A stretch of DNA of 64,000 nt, from the NCBI GenBank assembly GCA_965226795.1, contig CBDDDZ010000004.1, positions 96,001 through 160,000 of the forward strand. Reading direction: 5' to 3'. The notes beneath the pieces were generated by a model that worked only from the letters and a program-made list of their open reading frames with translations, had not been told where the DNA came from and ran no database searches. Origin of the DNA: Candidatus Latescibacterota bacterium (lineage in GTDB: Bacteria; Latescibacterota; UBA2968; GCA-2709665). The position numbers were made by a program, and so were the translations under genes. Positions 1 to 7,964 of the stretch are shown one piece after another. Positions within the stretch are counted from its first letter, which is position 1. The number at the start of each line of letters is the position of its first letter.

Positions 1-771
1 CTTCGGAAATGCAGGATAGAACCAGTGCACCATATTCAACCAGAAAACCCCGGACATCAACCCGAACCCCGCCCAGAACGCCTTTCCCTTCATAAATTCC
101 GGAAGGACCCGCGACCCGGATCCACTCCGGTTCGCCATCTCCAGGACCGGTGTCAACGTGGGGTAGACCAGCTTTTCGTGGTCCGCCCACTGGCGATGCA
201 GAATGACCGACACGCAGACGCAGGCGAACCCCAGAACGGCGATGAAGCCGAACCACCACAACAGCGGCCCCCACCAGTCGTGCCAGGGAATGGACATCCC
301 GTTCGGGAGCCCTTCGAAAAACATGGTGATGGACTGCCGTTCGTCCGTTGAGATCAGCCAGCCGGGAAGATGCGGGTGCAGATATTCCGACCACCGGTTC
401 TCGGGCGTGGCGAAGTAGTAGGGAGCCACCAGCTGGCTGACGAGGTATCCACTGATACCGTAGGTGGGGCCCATGGCGCTTATCAGGCCCATGCCGAAAA
501 TCGTGATCCATTCCGCCGGAGCGAACACGAAACGCCGGCCGAACCATCGGGCAAGCGCGGCACAGATCAGAATCGACAGCAGAAAGAGCAGAAGGTCGCC
601 CATCGGGATCAGGCTGATTGCCATGTACGACCCATGCTGGACATACCGCATCGTATTGGCGAGCAGGTTGACGGCTACCGACAACCCGAGCCCGAATACG
701 ACCGCGCGGGTCGTTACGCCCGGGCTCGCGGGCCGCCGGTTCCGCGGTTCTGCCGTGCCGCCGTTGGCCAT
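1..771 (-). CDS. DUF6785/DUF6784-like polytopic membrane protein (putative transporter); 3' part runs off the window
   Basis: Not in the ORF track because it is open at the edge. Manual translation from ATG 771 (GGGAGA RBS) gives MANGGTAEPR...VTTRAVVFGLGL...LVAPYYFATPENRWSEYL...IPWHDWWGPLLWW...LHRQWADHEKLVYP: multiple hydrophobic segments plus PYYFATPENxW and RQW..EKLxYP motifs. Confidence 0.7.
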   Translation of the reverse strand, partial: MANGGTAEPRNRRPASPGVTTRAVVFGLGLSVAVNLLANTMRYVQHGSYMAISLIPMGDLLLFLLSILICAALARWFGRRFVFAPAEWITIFGMGLISAMGPTYGISGYLVSQLVAPYYFATPENRWSEYLHPHLPGWLISTDERQSITMFFEGLPNGMSIPWHDWWGPLLWWFGFIAVLGFACVCVSVILHRQWADHEKLVYPTLTPVLEMANRSGSGSRVLPEFMKGKAFWAGFGLMSGVFWLNMVHWFYPAFPK

Positions 772-790
772 GGGTCTCCCGACCGGTTAG

Positions 791-950
791 CAGTCCGTTG
801 ATAAAGTCGCTCTGCAGGCGAGGTCGAGCCATTGTGGCCGAAGACAAGGCGCGCAACCGAGTCGAATCGAGCGATTCGGCGAGGGAGCGCAACGCAGTAT
901 TTCGACCGCAAGGGCCGGCCGTAGCCCGGATGGGCTTTTTCAACGGGCTG
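791..950. mobile_element. MITE-like element, 160 bp, imperfect 18-bp terminal inverted repeats, TTAG direct repeats
   Basis: Left end CAGTCCGTTGATAAAGTC; reverse complement of right end CAGCCCGTTGAAAAAGCC; TTAG at 787-790 and 951-954; no coding capacity. Confidence 0.75.
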
Positions 951-956
951 TTAGGC

Positions 957-2147
957 TCAGCGCAGCCCCATGCCGCCCAGGTCCGCCGGAACCTGCCCCG
1001 CAGCCCGATCCCGGTTCGGGCGAAAATCGGGAACCCGCATCAACCGGCTCCCCTCCTGTATCGAGTCAATCGCCCGTACCGCCGCGGCAACCGTATCCAT
1101 GGCCCTGTACACGTCAAAAGCCAGCGGCTTCCCGCTGAGGACCGCGTCGCGAAAATGCATATGCACGTAGGAGTCCGCGTCGCCGTGGCCGCTTCCACGC
1201 GCCTCCGACGGCGCATCGGTGCGTTCAAAGCGCCAATCCACCTCCGTCCAGTCGTTCATCTGCGCGTCCGCGAACCAGACTTTCGGCATCTCGCGGCGCG
1301 AACGCCGCCACTCCAGGCTCCCCTTTGTGCCAATCATCTGCCACCAGTGGTGATCTCCATGCGGGCGCGGCTGTGTATGACCATCCAACATGCGAATCAA
1401 CGTATCCTTTTCGGTCTTCATCAGCGCAACCTGCACGTCGGGCTTTCCAATCTGCGGATGCGCGTAGCTTGGCCTTTTTGTGCTCATCGCCGTTACTTCC
1501 GTCACACGGTCGTCCAGGATCTTCAAAAGGATGCTCAGATCGTACGAAGCGGCAATAATGGGCGGGGTGTCGTGGGGAAACGTCGGCCTGGCTTCGGGAT
1601 GGTCGGACAACTCCTCGATGGAATACTGCTTCCCCGTGCTGTAGTCCTGGAAAAATTGATGTGTGCCGTAATACCCGACGTATTGACCCTCGGCGTAGGT
1701 GATTTTGCCCAACCTGCCGTCGTCTATAAGGCGCTTCCATCCGTCCACGAACCCCCAGAAACGCGTCTGCTCGGCGAGGCCGTAGACCAACCCCGTACGC
1801 TCCACGTTGGTTACGATGCGCCAGCACTCCGCCATCGTGTAGGCGCCCGGCACTTCGCTGTTCACGTGCTTGCCCGCCTCCAGCGCCTCCGCTGCCATGC
1901 GCCCCACCTCGCGCTGCCTCACCACAAGACCCACCGCGTCCATCTGATCGTATGCCAGGAAATCCTCGTAGTTGCCGAACGCCGCCACGTCGTCCCGATA
2001 GGAGATTTCAGCAAGTGCCCGCTCCTGTAGCGGTTCGATCCAATCGTAGACCGCCGTGATCCGGTAGCCGGGAATTTTCTGCAGCAGCCTTATCCAGTGC
2101 AGCCCCCGGCCGCCCAGGCCTGCGATCCCAATGCGAATTTCGTCCAT
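957..2147 (-). CDS. Gfo/Idh/MocA family NAD(P)-dependent oxidoreductase (GH109-like)
   Basis: IRIGIAGLGGRG Rossmann motif, GKHVNSEVP, C-terminal GSGHGDAD; start placed at ATG 2147 after GGAGG. Confidence 0.85.
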   Translation of the reverse strand: MDEIRIGIAGLGGRGLHWIRLLQKIPGYRITAVYDWIEPLQERALAEISYRDDVAAFGNYEDFLAYDQMDAVGLVVRQREVGRMAAEALEAGKHVNSEVPGAYTMAECWRIVTNVERTGLVYGLAEQTRFWGFVDGWKRLIDDGRLGKITYAEGQYVGYYGTHQFFQDYSTGKQYSIEELSDHPEARPTFPHDTPPIIAASYDLSILLKILDDRVTEVTAMSTKRPSYAHPQIGKPDVQVALMKTEKDTLIRMLDGHTQPRPHGDHHWWQMIGTKGSLEWRRSRREMPKVWFADAQMNDWTEVDWRFERTDAPSEARGSGHGDADSYVHMHFRDAVLSGKPLAFDVYRAMDTVAAAVRAIDSIQEGSRLMRVPDFRPNRDRAAGQVPADLGGMGLR

Positions 2148-2180
2148 GTCGGTCCCTCCGGAGCCGGTTTGCAACCTTTA

Positions 2181-2343
2181 GAAGCTGTTTTAAAATCCCA
2201 AGTGAATTCCCGAGCGCGAGCGAAAAGGTGTCGGTCCAGGCGGGCGGACCCGCCCGTATCTTTGAGATACGGGTGAGTTTGACCAACGCCGACCGACGCT
2301 TTTGCAGCCACGCGAAGACCGCTGGGGGTTTTAAAGCAGCTTC
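2181..2343. mobile_element. Second MITE/REP-like element, 163 bp, 19-bp imperfect terminal inverted repeats
   Basis: Left GAAGCTGTTTTAAAATCCC vs reverse complement of right end GAAGCTGCTTTAAAACCCC; internal hairpin CCCGTATC-TTTGA-GATACGGG; flanks TTA/CTA are not an exact duplication. Confidence 0.6.
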
Positions 2344-3054
2344 CTAGTCAAGTTGAAAACGGATGTAGATAAACATCCGCACTTCAACCGCCTCGCGATT
2401 CTGGTACCCCGGGAGATACCGGAAACCCGATAGGGCGTCCAGCGATGCTTTGTGAAACTGCTCGTGCCCCTTGAGCACCACGCCATCATTGACCCGGCCG
2501 TCCTTTCCCACGGTAAATTCCATCAGGACGACACCCTCCAGGCCAGCCCGCCGCGCCTCGTCCGGATACGCCGGATCCACCTTTTTGAGGAGCTTTGGCT
2601 TCCGTTCCACGAACCGAGCCGGGTAGACCTCCTCCCCATCCACTTCCTCGTCCTTAAAGGGGGCCGAAACAAGAGTGTCCGAAGGCGTAGAAAGGCGTAT
2701 GGACACCGTGTCGAAATCGAGATCCGTGGTGGCGGCAACGGTCATCTCTTCGGGCAGCAGGTCGCGGCTATCCGTTTCAAGGGGCATCGTCGGCCGTGCC
2801 AGAGGCGGTAGCCTCACGCCCTGTCGGGTCTCCGGAACCTCGGTAACCTGGATGAGAATCGGATGTTTCGCTGAGGCTGGCGTGCGGAGCCTGATGGCTG
2901 GGAAAGTAAAGGCAACGGCCGCGTGGAGGGCGAGCGAAATCCCGACGCACAGGGGGAGGACCTTCCGATACTGCGCCTTCAAGTCCGCTTCGGGACGCCT
3001 GGTGCGGATGATGTTTCCGGTTATCCAGGGTCTGGGAGGCAGCTGTTGTGGCAT
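2344..3054 (-). CDS. tonB: Energy transducer TonB
   Basis: N-terminal TM with SLALH motif; C-terminal PAYPDEARRAGLEGVVLMEFTVGKDGRV TonB_C domain; start at ATG 3054 after GGAGG. Confidence 0.85.
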   Translation of the reverse strand: MPQQLPPRPWITGNIIRTRRPEADLKAQYRKVLPLCVGISLALHAAVAFTFPAIRLRTPASAKHPILIQVTEVPETRQGVRLPPLARPTMPLETDSRDLLPEEMTVAATTDLDFDTVSIRLSTPSDTLVSAPFKDEEVDGEEVYPARFVERKPKLLKKVDPAYPDEARRAGLEGVVLMEFTVGKDGRVNDGVVLKGHEQFHKASLDALSGFRYLPGYQNREAVEVRMFIYIRFQLD

Positions 3055-3163
3055 TGTACCCTCCACGCTGCCTGCACGGCCGGCGTACATGCGTTCAACG
3101 CGCATTTTGCAGGGTACGGCGATCCGTCGACGTTCCACATGCGACGACTCGCAGAAACCCGGC

Positions 3164-4039
3164 TCAGGCCGCGTCGGGCGCGCGTCCCAATGCCCGCGCC
3201 ATCGCCCTGATGATGTTCGGGCCCGCCCCGCAGCAGGCGCCGATGAGATTGATCCCTTCGGCCTTCGCCTTTACCGCACAATCGGCCATCACGTCCAGCG
3301 GAACGCGTGTATCCTTTCCGCCAGATCCGAACCCGTTGGGCTGCCAGCCAACGGGCACGTCCACAGCCTCACGCATCTCCACCGCGAGATTCAACATCCC
3401 TTCGGGCGTTCCGTTGCATACCAGACCCACGACGTCGGCACCCTGCCCGGCCAGAACGCGAGCGCACTCCGCCGCCGTGGCGCCGTCCTGCGTCGTGCGG
3501 CCCATGCCCATGAATACCATGGTCGGAACACTCGTCTTCTTGCAACATTCCAGGCACACCAGCACCTCGTCAAGACGGTGAAACGTCTCCGGAATCAGGA
3601 AATCCGCACCCGCCTCCACCAGAATGGCGATCTGTTCGTCCCACTCCGCCTTTGCCCGGTCTCTGGAAGACGGGTCATCCGGATCGAAAATCGGATCGCC
3701 CTCCCACGACCCGGTCCTGGTTGATACCAGGCATCCCCCCACCGGCGCCTCGCCACCGGACGCCTCCTTTGCCAGTTGCACACCCACCCGGTTTACTTCG
3801 CCCAGCCTTTGGCTCCAACCAAAATTCCGATCCAACTGGGAACGGGAGGTAAACCACGTCACTGCTTCAAGCACCTGAGAGCCGGCATTGAAGAAATCCC
3901 TGTGTATCTGTCGAATGGCGTCCGGATGCTCCACAATCGCACTGGGGGTGTCGTACCCGCGCCACCTTGCTTCCAGAATCATACCGCCGTCGCAAAGGAC
4001 AACGTCCTCGCGCAACATTTTCATCACATCCTCAGGCAT
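3164..4039 (-). CDS. Homocysteine S-methyltransferase family protein (copy 1)
   Basis: VLCDGGM, IHRDFFNAG, GADFLIPET, VGLVC and IGACCG zinc-binding cysteines. Confidence 0.85.
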   Translation of the reverse strand: MPEDVMKMLREDVVLCDGGMILEARWRGYDTPSAIVEHPDAIRQIHRDFFNAGSQVLEAVTWFTSRSQLDRNFGWSQRLGEVNRVGVQLAKEASGGEAPVGGCLVSTRTGSWEGDPIFDPDDPSSRDRAKAEWDEQIAILVEAGADFLIPETFHRLDEVLVCLECCKKTSVPTMVFMGMGRTTQDGATAAECARVLAGQGADVVGLVCNGTPEGMLNLAVEMREAVDVPVGWQPNGFGSGGKDTRVPLDVMADCAVKAKAEGINLIGACCGAGPNIIRAMARALGRAPDAA

Positions 4040-4118
4040 CTCGCTACCTTCCTCCTTCAGGCTGGAGACGATATCCCTCAGATCCGGACCCTCACGCGCC
4101 CCTGGATATCATTGCCGA

Positions 4119-6890
4119 TTATTGGCTTGCTTCCCTCACCCAGAACAGGCCTTCCTTGGTCGCCTGCTGCCCGCTGTCCAGGTCCTTCACGGTCATCCGG
4201 ACCCTGCGGCGACCCGGGGCGGCCTCCCCGATGTCCAGCGCCACGTAGTCAGAAACCGACGCCTCCGTGCCGGTCTGTTCGTAGCGTACCGTTACCGCCG
4301 ATTCCGACCGACCCAGAACCCTCGTTTTCACGCGGGAAAGGCTGGTCCCGGATTCGTCGGTGCTGTAAACTTCGTAGGCCACCTCGTAGCGCGTGGCCCC
4401 GAACTCGTCCTGCGAGAGGTTGTAGATTTCGAAAAAGACAAATACGTGCTGCCCGGCGTTGAATACATGCGAGGGCAACGGTGTGATATTCCATCTCCCG
4501 CGGACGAACCTGGGGTCGGACCCGGACATTGCCACCTCCACCTGCCGGGCGACGAACAGATCGCTCAGCTTCAGCCGTTCCCCTGAGTAGTCTTCCACGG
4601 ACAGCTTCTGCGAGTAAGCCTGGAGACGATTCGTGTTGTGGCGCTGAACCTGCACGGCCAGTTCGTATTCTCCCGGCAGAACATCCAGGAGATCCACCCG
4701 GTCCAGGAGCGCCCGGTCACGCCGCCGCCCCGAGACCGGCACTTCCATATCCTGCTGTAAGGACAACACCGTTGTGTACCGCCCGTCCATCAGCGCCACC
4801 CTCCGATTGACCAGTACGTCGGCGTCCGTATCCCCGGGCATGGCGACATGCTCGATGGGAATGCCCACATTTACCTGGACCTCGGTACCGGCCTTCTTTC
4901 CGCGGAACGTGACCACGTCGTAGCTGAAGTCGAGCGGCTCGAAACCCGTGAGGCTAAAGCGCTCTGGTTCCTCCCTCGCCACCGACGCAACCCGGGTGGA
5001 AGGGGCGAGTTCCGTGAGCCGCTGCATCAGGCGCAGGTAGGCCATCTGTCCCACAAAGGGGTCTTTATCGAGGTTCTTGAGATCCTGGCTGTTCACGCCG
5101 GGTACCGGCGCATAGTCGTACACGCCGGAATTCTGTTCATCCGTGAACGCCACTTCCAGACCCTTTCCCACGCCCGCATACACCCAGACCTCCCAGGGCA
5201 CGGACGCCCAATTGTGCCCCATCGTGACCGGCTTCCATCCGCTCAGGCCAATGGCGAATTCCGGATCCAGATCAATACCCGCCTGGATGGGAGATTCTTC
5301 CAGATCCACCAGTTCCCGGGGCGCTGCAGCGGGATTTCCCCAAGCGCCCGCGGCGGCCTGTTCCGGCGGCAATACGGCCAGGTTGAGTTCTTCGATCGCC
5401 GCCATCTGCATGTTGCGCCGGAGGTCTTCGCTCGGCTCCAGAAAAGAACCCAGATCCGTGCGGATGGGGAAAACGGGCCCCACAAAGCTGATGCCCACCC
5501 CCTGGGCGCCATAAAGCTGGTAGGCCATATTGTCCTGTACGCTTTCGACTGCGGGAGGCACGTTTGGATTCGGCTCCAGCGAAGAGGACCGGTAGTCCGG
5601 TTCGCCGTAGCGGATGTACACCTCCCCGCGGCGGTCCCAGGGCCACTTCAGCTCTCCATACTTCGTTCGGGCGTGCCACACCCGCCGGTGGTGCGCGGCG
5701 CGACGCATCGCGCCGCGTGAGGCCTTGAACGGGTCGTGGCGGAGCCAGAAGCGCTGCAGAAACGCGGCCCTGTTGTCAGGGGGGGTTGCGCGATACGCTT
5801 CGATTTCGTGCGGCAGACCCACCAGCGACACATCCCGGTAGAGTGCCTGTTCTTCCGGATCCAGGCTTTCGATGTAGATCTTGAACGCCCGGAGCGCGCC
5901 TTCGTAGTTGCCCCGCGCCATCAGCGCCTGCGCCAGCAGCGGCAGCGCGTGGTCATTTGTCATCAGGGACGTAAGGGTCTCAACCTCTTTGAATTTTTCT
6001 TTCTCCAGCAACTCACCGGCAAATGCCAGCGCCGCCGCCTGGTCCGCCGGTTTCAGTTCCAGGAATTTCTCAAAGTAGACCATCGCGCCCTGAAGGTTGC
6101 CGTCCTCACGGTGTGATTCGGCCAGCAGCAGGTGGGCCGGTGCAATCCGGGAGTCGTATTGAAGCGCCCGGTCCGCGGCCTGCCTCGCCCCTGGGCGCCC
6201 GGTTTCCAGATAGACGCGGGCAAGGAAATAGTGCGCCTGCGCATAGGTGGAGTCGGCGCGCAGCGCCGCCTCCAGATGGGGCAAGGCGCCCGCCGCGTCT
6301 CCCTCTAATTCGAGGGCGACCCTGCCCAGCCCACAATACGCCGCAGCCAGTTTCGGATTGAATCCGACCGCCCGTTCGAACGCGTATCGCGCGCTGTCCG
6401 CCGCACCTGCTTTCAGGTGCGTCCGGCCAACCTGCTCGAGTGCCCGGGACAAATAGGTGTACGTCCAGATATACGTGGAGTCGGCGCGCAGAGCGGCTTC
6501 CAGATGCGGCAGCGCCCCGGCCGCGTCTCCCTCCAGCTCGAGGGCCACCCTGCCCAGCCCACAGTGCGCCGTGGCCAGTTTCGGGGCGAATCCGACCGCA
6601 CGTTGAAACGCCGAGCGCGCGTCATGCGCCCACCCCACCCGCAGATAGAGCATACCGGCCCGGTTCAACAGGAATCCGGCATGGTCCGAATGGTCGACCA
6701 GTGCGCTCTCCAACGCCTTCGCCGCCTCCACCACGGTCGGCACGTCCCGGGCTTTCAGACCGCGCGAGTACACCGCATCCAATTCCGGCAACGGCTTCCT
6801 GGCGGCCGGAGTGGCACCCGGCCAGAGGCCGCCAACCATCAGCGCACCGCCGAGCAGAAGGCGTACCCGCAGCCACTTTGGATGCTCCAT
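4119..6890 (-). CDS. GWxTD domain-containing protein with N-terminal TPR repeats, signal peptide
   Basis: Signal peptide, TPRs, then FLQRFWLRHDP...HHRRVWHA...WDRRGEVYIRYGEPD and WEVWVY; C-terminal beta domains (LKLSDL, FFEIYNL). Confidence 0.8.
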   Translation of the reverse strand: MEHPKWLRVRLLLGGALMVGGLWPGATPAARKPLPELDAVYSRGLKARDVPTVVEAAKALESALVDHSDHAGFLLNRAGMLYLRVGWAHDARSAFQRAVGFAPKLATAHCGLGRVALELEGDAAGALPHLEAALRADSTYIWTYTYLSRALEQVGRTHLKAGAADSARYAFERAVGFNPKLAAAYCGLGRVALELEGDAAGALPHLEAALRADSTYAQAHYFLARVYLETGRPGARQAADRALQYDSRIAPAHLLLAESHREDGNLQGAMVYFEKFLELKPADQAAALAFAGELLEKEKFKEVETLTSLMTNDHALPLLAQALMARGNYEGALRAFKIYIESLDPEEQALYRDVSLVGLPHEIEAYRATPPDNRAAFLQRFWLRHDPFKASRGAMRRAAHHRRVWHARTKYGELKWPWDRRGEVYIRYGEPDYRSSSLEPNPNVPPAVESVQDNMAYQLYGAQGVGISFVGPVFPIRTDLGSFLEPSEDLRRNMQMAAIEELNLAVLPPEQAAAGAWGNPAAAPRELVDLEESPIQAGIDLDPEFAIGLSGWKPVTMGHNWASVPWEVWVYAGVGKGLEVAFTDEQNSGVYDYAPVPGVNSQDLKNLDKDPFVGQMAYLRLMQRLTELAPSTRVASVAREEPERFSLTGFEPLDFSYDVVTFRGKKAGTEVQVNVGIPIEHVAMPGDTDADVLVNRRVALMDGRYTTVLSLQQDMEVPVSGRRRDRALLDRVDLLDVLPGEYELAVQVQRHNTNRLQAYSQKLSVEDYSGERLKLSDLFVARQVEVAMSGSDPRFVRGRWNITPLPSHVFNAGQHVFVFFEIYNLSQDEFGATRYEVAYEVYSTDESGTSLSRVKTRVLGRSESAVTVRYEQTGTEASVSDYVALDIGEAAPGRRRVRMTVKDLDSGQQATKEGLFWVREASQ
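6243..6620 (-). repeat. Intragenic ~150-bp duplication (6243-6392 and 6471-6620)
   Basis: Both copies encode AR(S/Y)AF(Q/E)RAVGF(A/N)PKLA..(H/Y)CGLGRVALELEGDAAGALPHLEAALRADSTY. Confidence 0.9.
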
Positions 6891-6979
6891 ATGCCGTTAC
6901 ATCCTCCGTAAACAGATAGGCGGCCCTGTCACTCTCAGAAGCCGCCTACCGTGTTCACTTCAATTGCGCTTCCCCGATA

Positions 6980-7954
6980 TCAGAACGATCCTGTCACCGA
7001 GAACCGCAGGGTCGTACCGTTGTCGGGAAATTTGTCGAACTTAACGAAGGCGAAGTCCGCCTGCACGTGGTGTATGCCCCGCTGCAGCCGTACCCCCGCC
7101 CCGGCTGTAAAGTCCTGCGCGTCGTACCCCAGCTTGTACCCGGCCCGAAGCGCAACGATGTTCCGCAGCCAGAGTTCGGCACCCGTGTGTATCCGCCGCT
7201 CGACGCTCACGCTGTAGAGTGCTTCGATCGCTCCGGTGAGCGAGACGTCCTCGCCGCGTTCTCCGTACACCTCCGCAGCCGTCGCCAGGCTGAAGAAGAC
7301 GGGCATCTTGCCCTTAATGGCCTCGTCCGTCAGGAGCACAAGGTCCTTTCCGAAGTTGCGCAACGACATGCCGATACGCAGGCTTCGGAAGCCGGTATGG
7401 TAGAAGGTCCCGACCGCCAGGTCGAAAACGCGGTAGTCGTAGCCCTTGTCGAGCTTTTCCTCAACCACCCGCGCCTGAAACCCCACGGAGAAACGCTCTG
7501 TAAACTGCTTGGCATAGAGTCCGCCCAGGGCCCAGCTTCCGGTGTCCAGCATCCGGCCCGTTCCCTCGGGATTGAATATGGTCGTCTCCTCGATATCGCC
7601 GGTGTTGAACGCAACCAGACTCAGTGCCAGGGCGCCGTAGTCGGTATTGACCCCTACCGCCGCGGAGTTCAATTGGGAATCCAGGAGCCACTTCGTGTTA
7701 GTGAAGGCAAATTGAAACCGGTTGCGCGCCATGGCCGTGAGCCCGGCCGGATTCCAGAACGCGGCATTGATGTCGTCTGCCACAGCCACGTAGGCGTCTC
7801 CCATCCCGGCGGCGCGTGCGCTTTGGGAGATCTCCAGGAAGGCGGCGTAGGTCTCGCCCACCGGGGTCTGGTTCGAGATTTCGGCCAACGCCGGGACGCC
7901 GAGAACGAGGACGCCGAAGAGCGCCGTAAATCCGATCTTATAAATGCGCTTCAT
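6980..7954 (-). CDS. PorV/PorQ family outer-membrane beta-barrel
   Basis: FLEISQSARAAGMGDAYVAVADDINAAFWNPAGL signature; C-terminal Phe. Confidence 0.85.
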   Translation of the reverse strand: MKRIYKIGFTALFGVLVLGVPALAEISNQTPVGETYAAFLEISQSARAAGMGDAYVAVADDINAAFWNPAGLTAMARNRFQFAFTNTKWLLDSQLNSAAVGVNTDYGALALSLVAFNTGDIEETTIFNPEGTGRMLDTGSWALGGLYAKQFTERFSVGFQARVVEEKLDKGYDYRVFDLAVGTFYHTGFRSLRIGMSLRNFGKDLVLLTDEAIKGKMPVFFSLATAAEVYGERGEDVSLTGAIEALYSVSVERRIHTGAELWLRNIVALRAGYKLGYDAQDFTAGAGVRLQRGIHHVQADFAFVKFDKFPDNGTTLRFSVTGSF

Positions 7955-7964
7955 GGCGACCTCC

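Noticed and set aside
798..2030. 410-aa plus-strand ORF
   Set aside because: Antisense shadow of the Gfo/Idh/MocA gene, typical of high-GC DNA; no motifs
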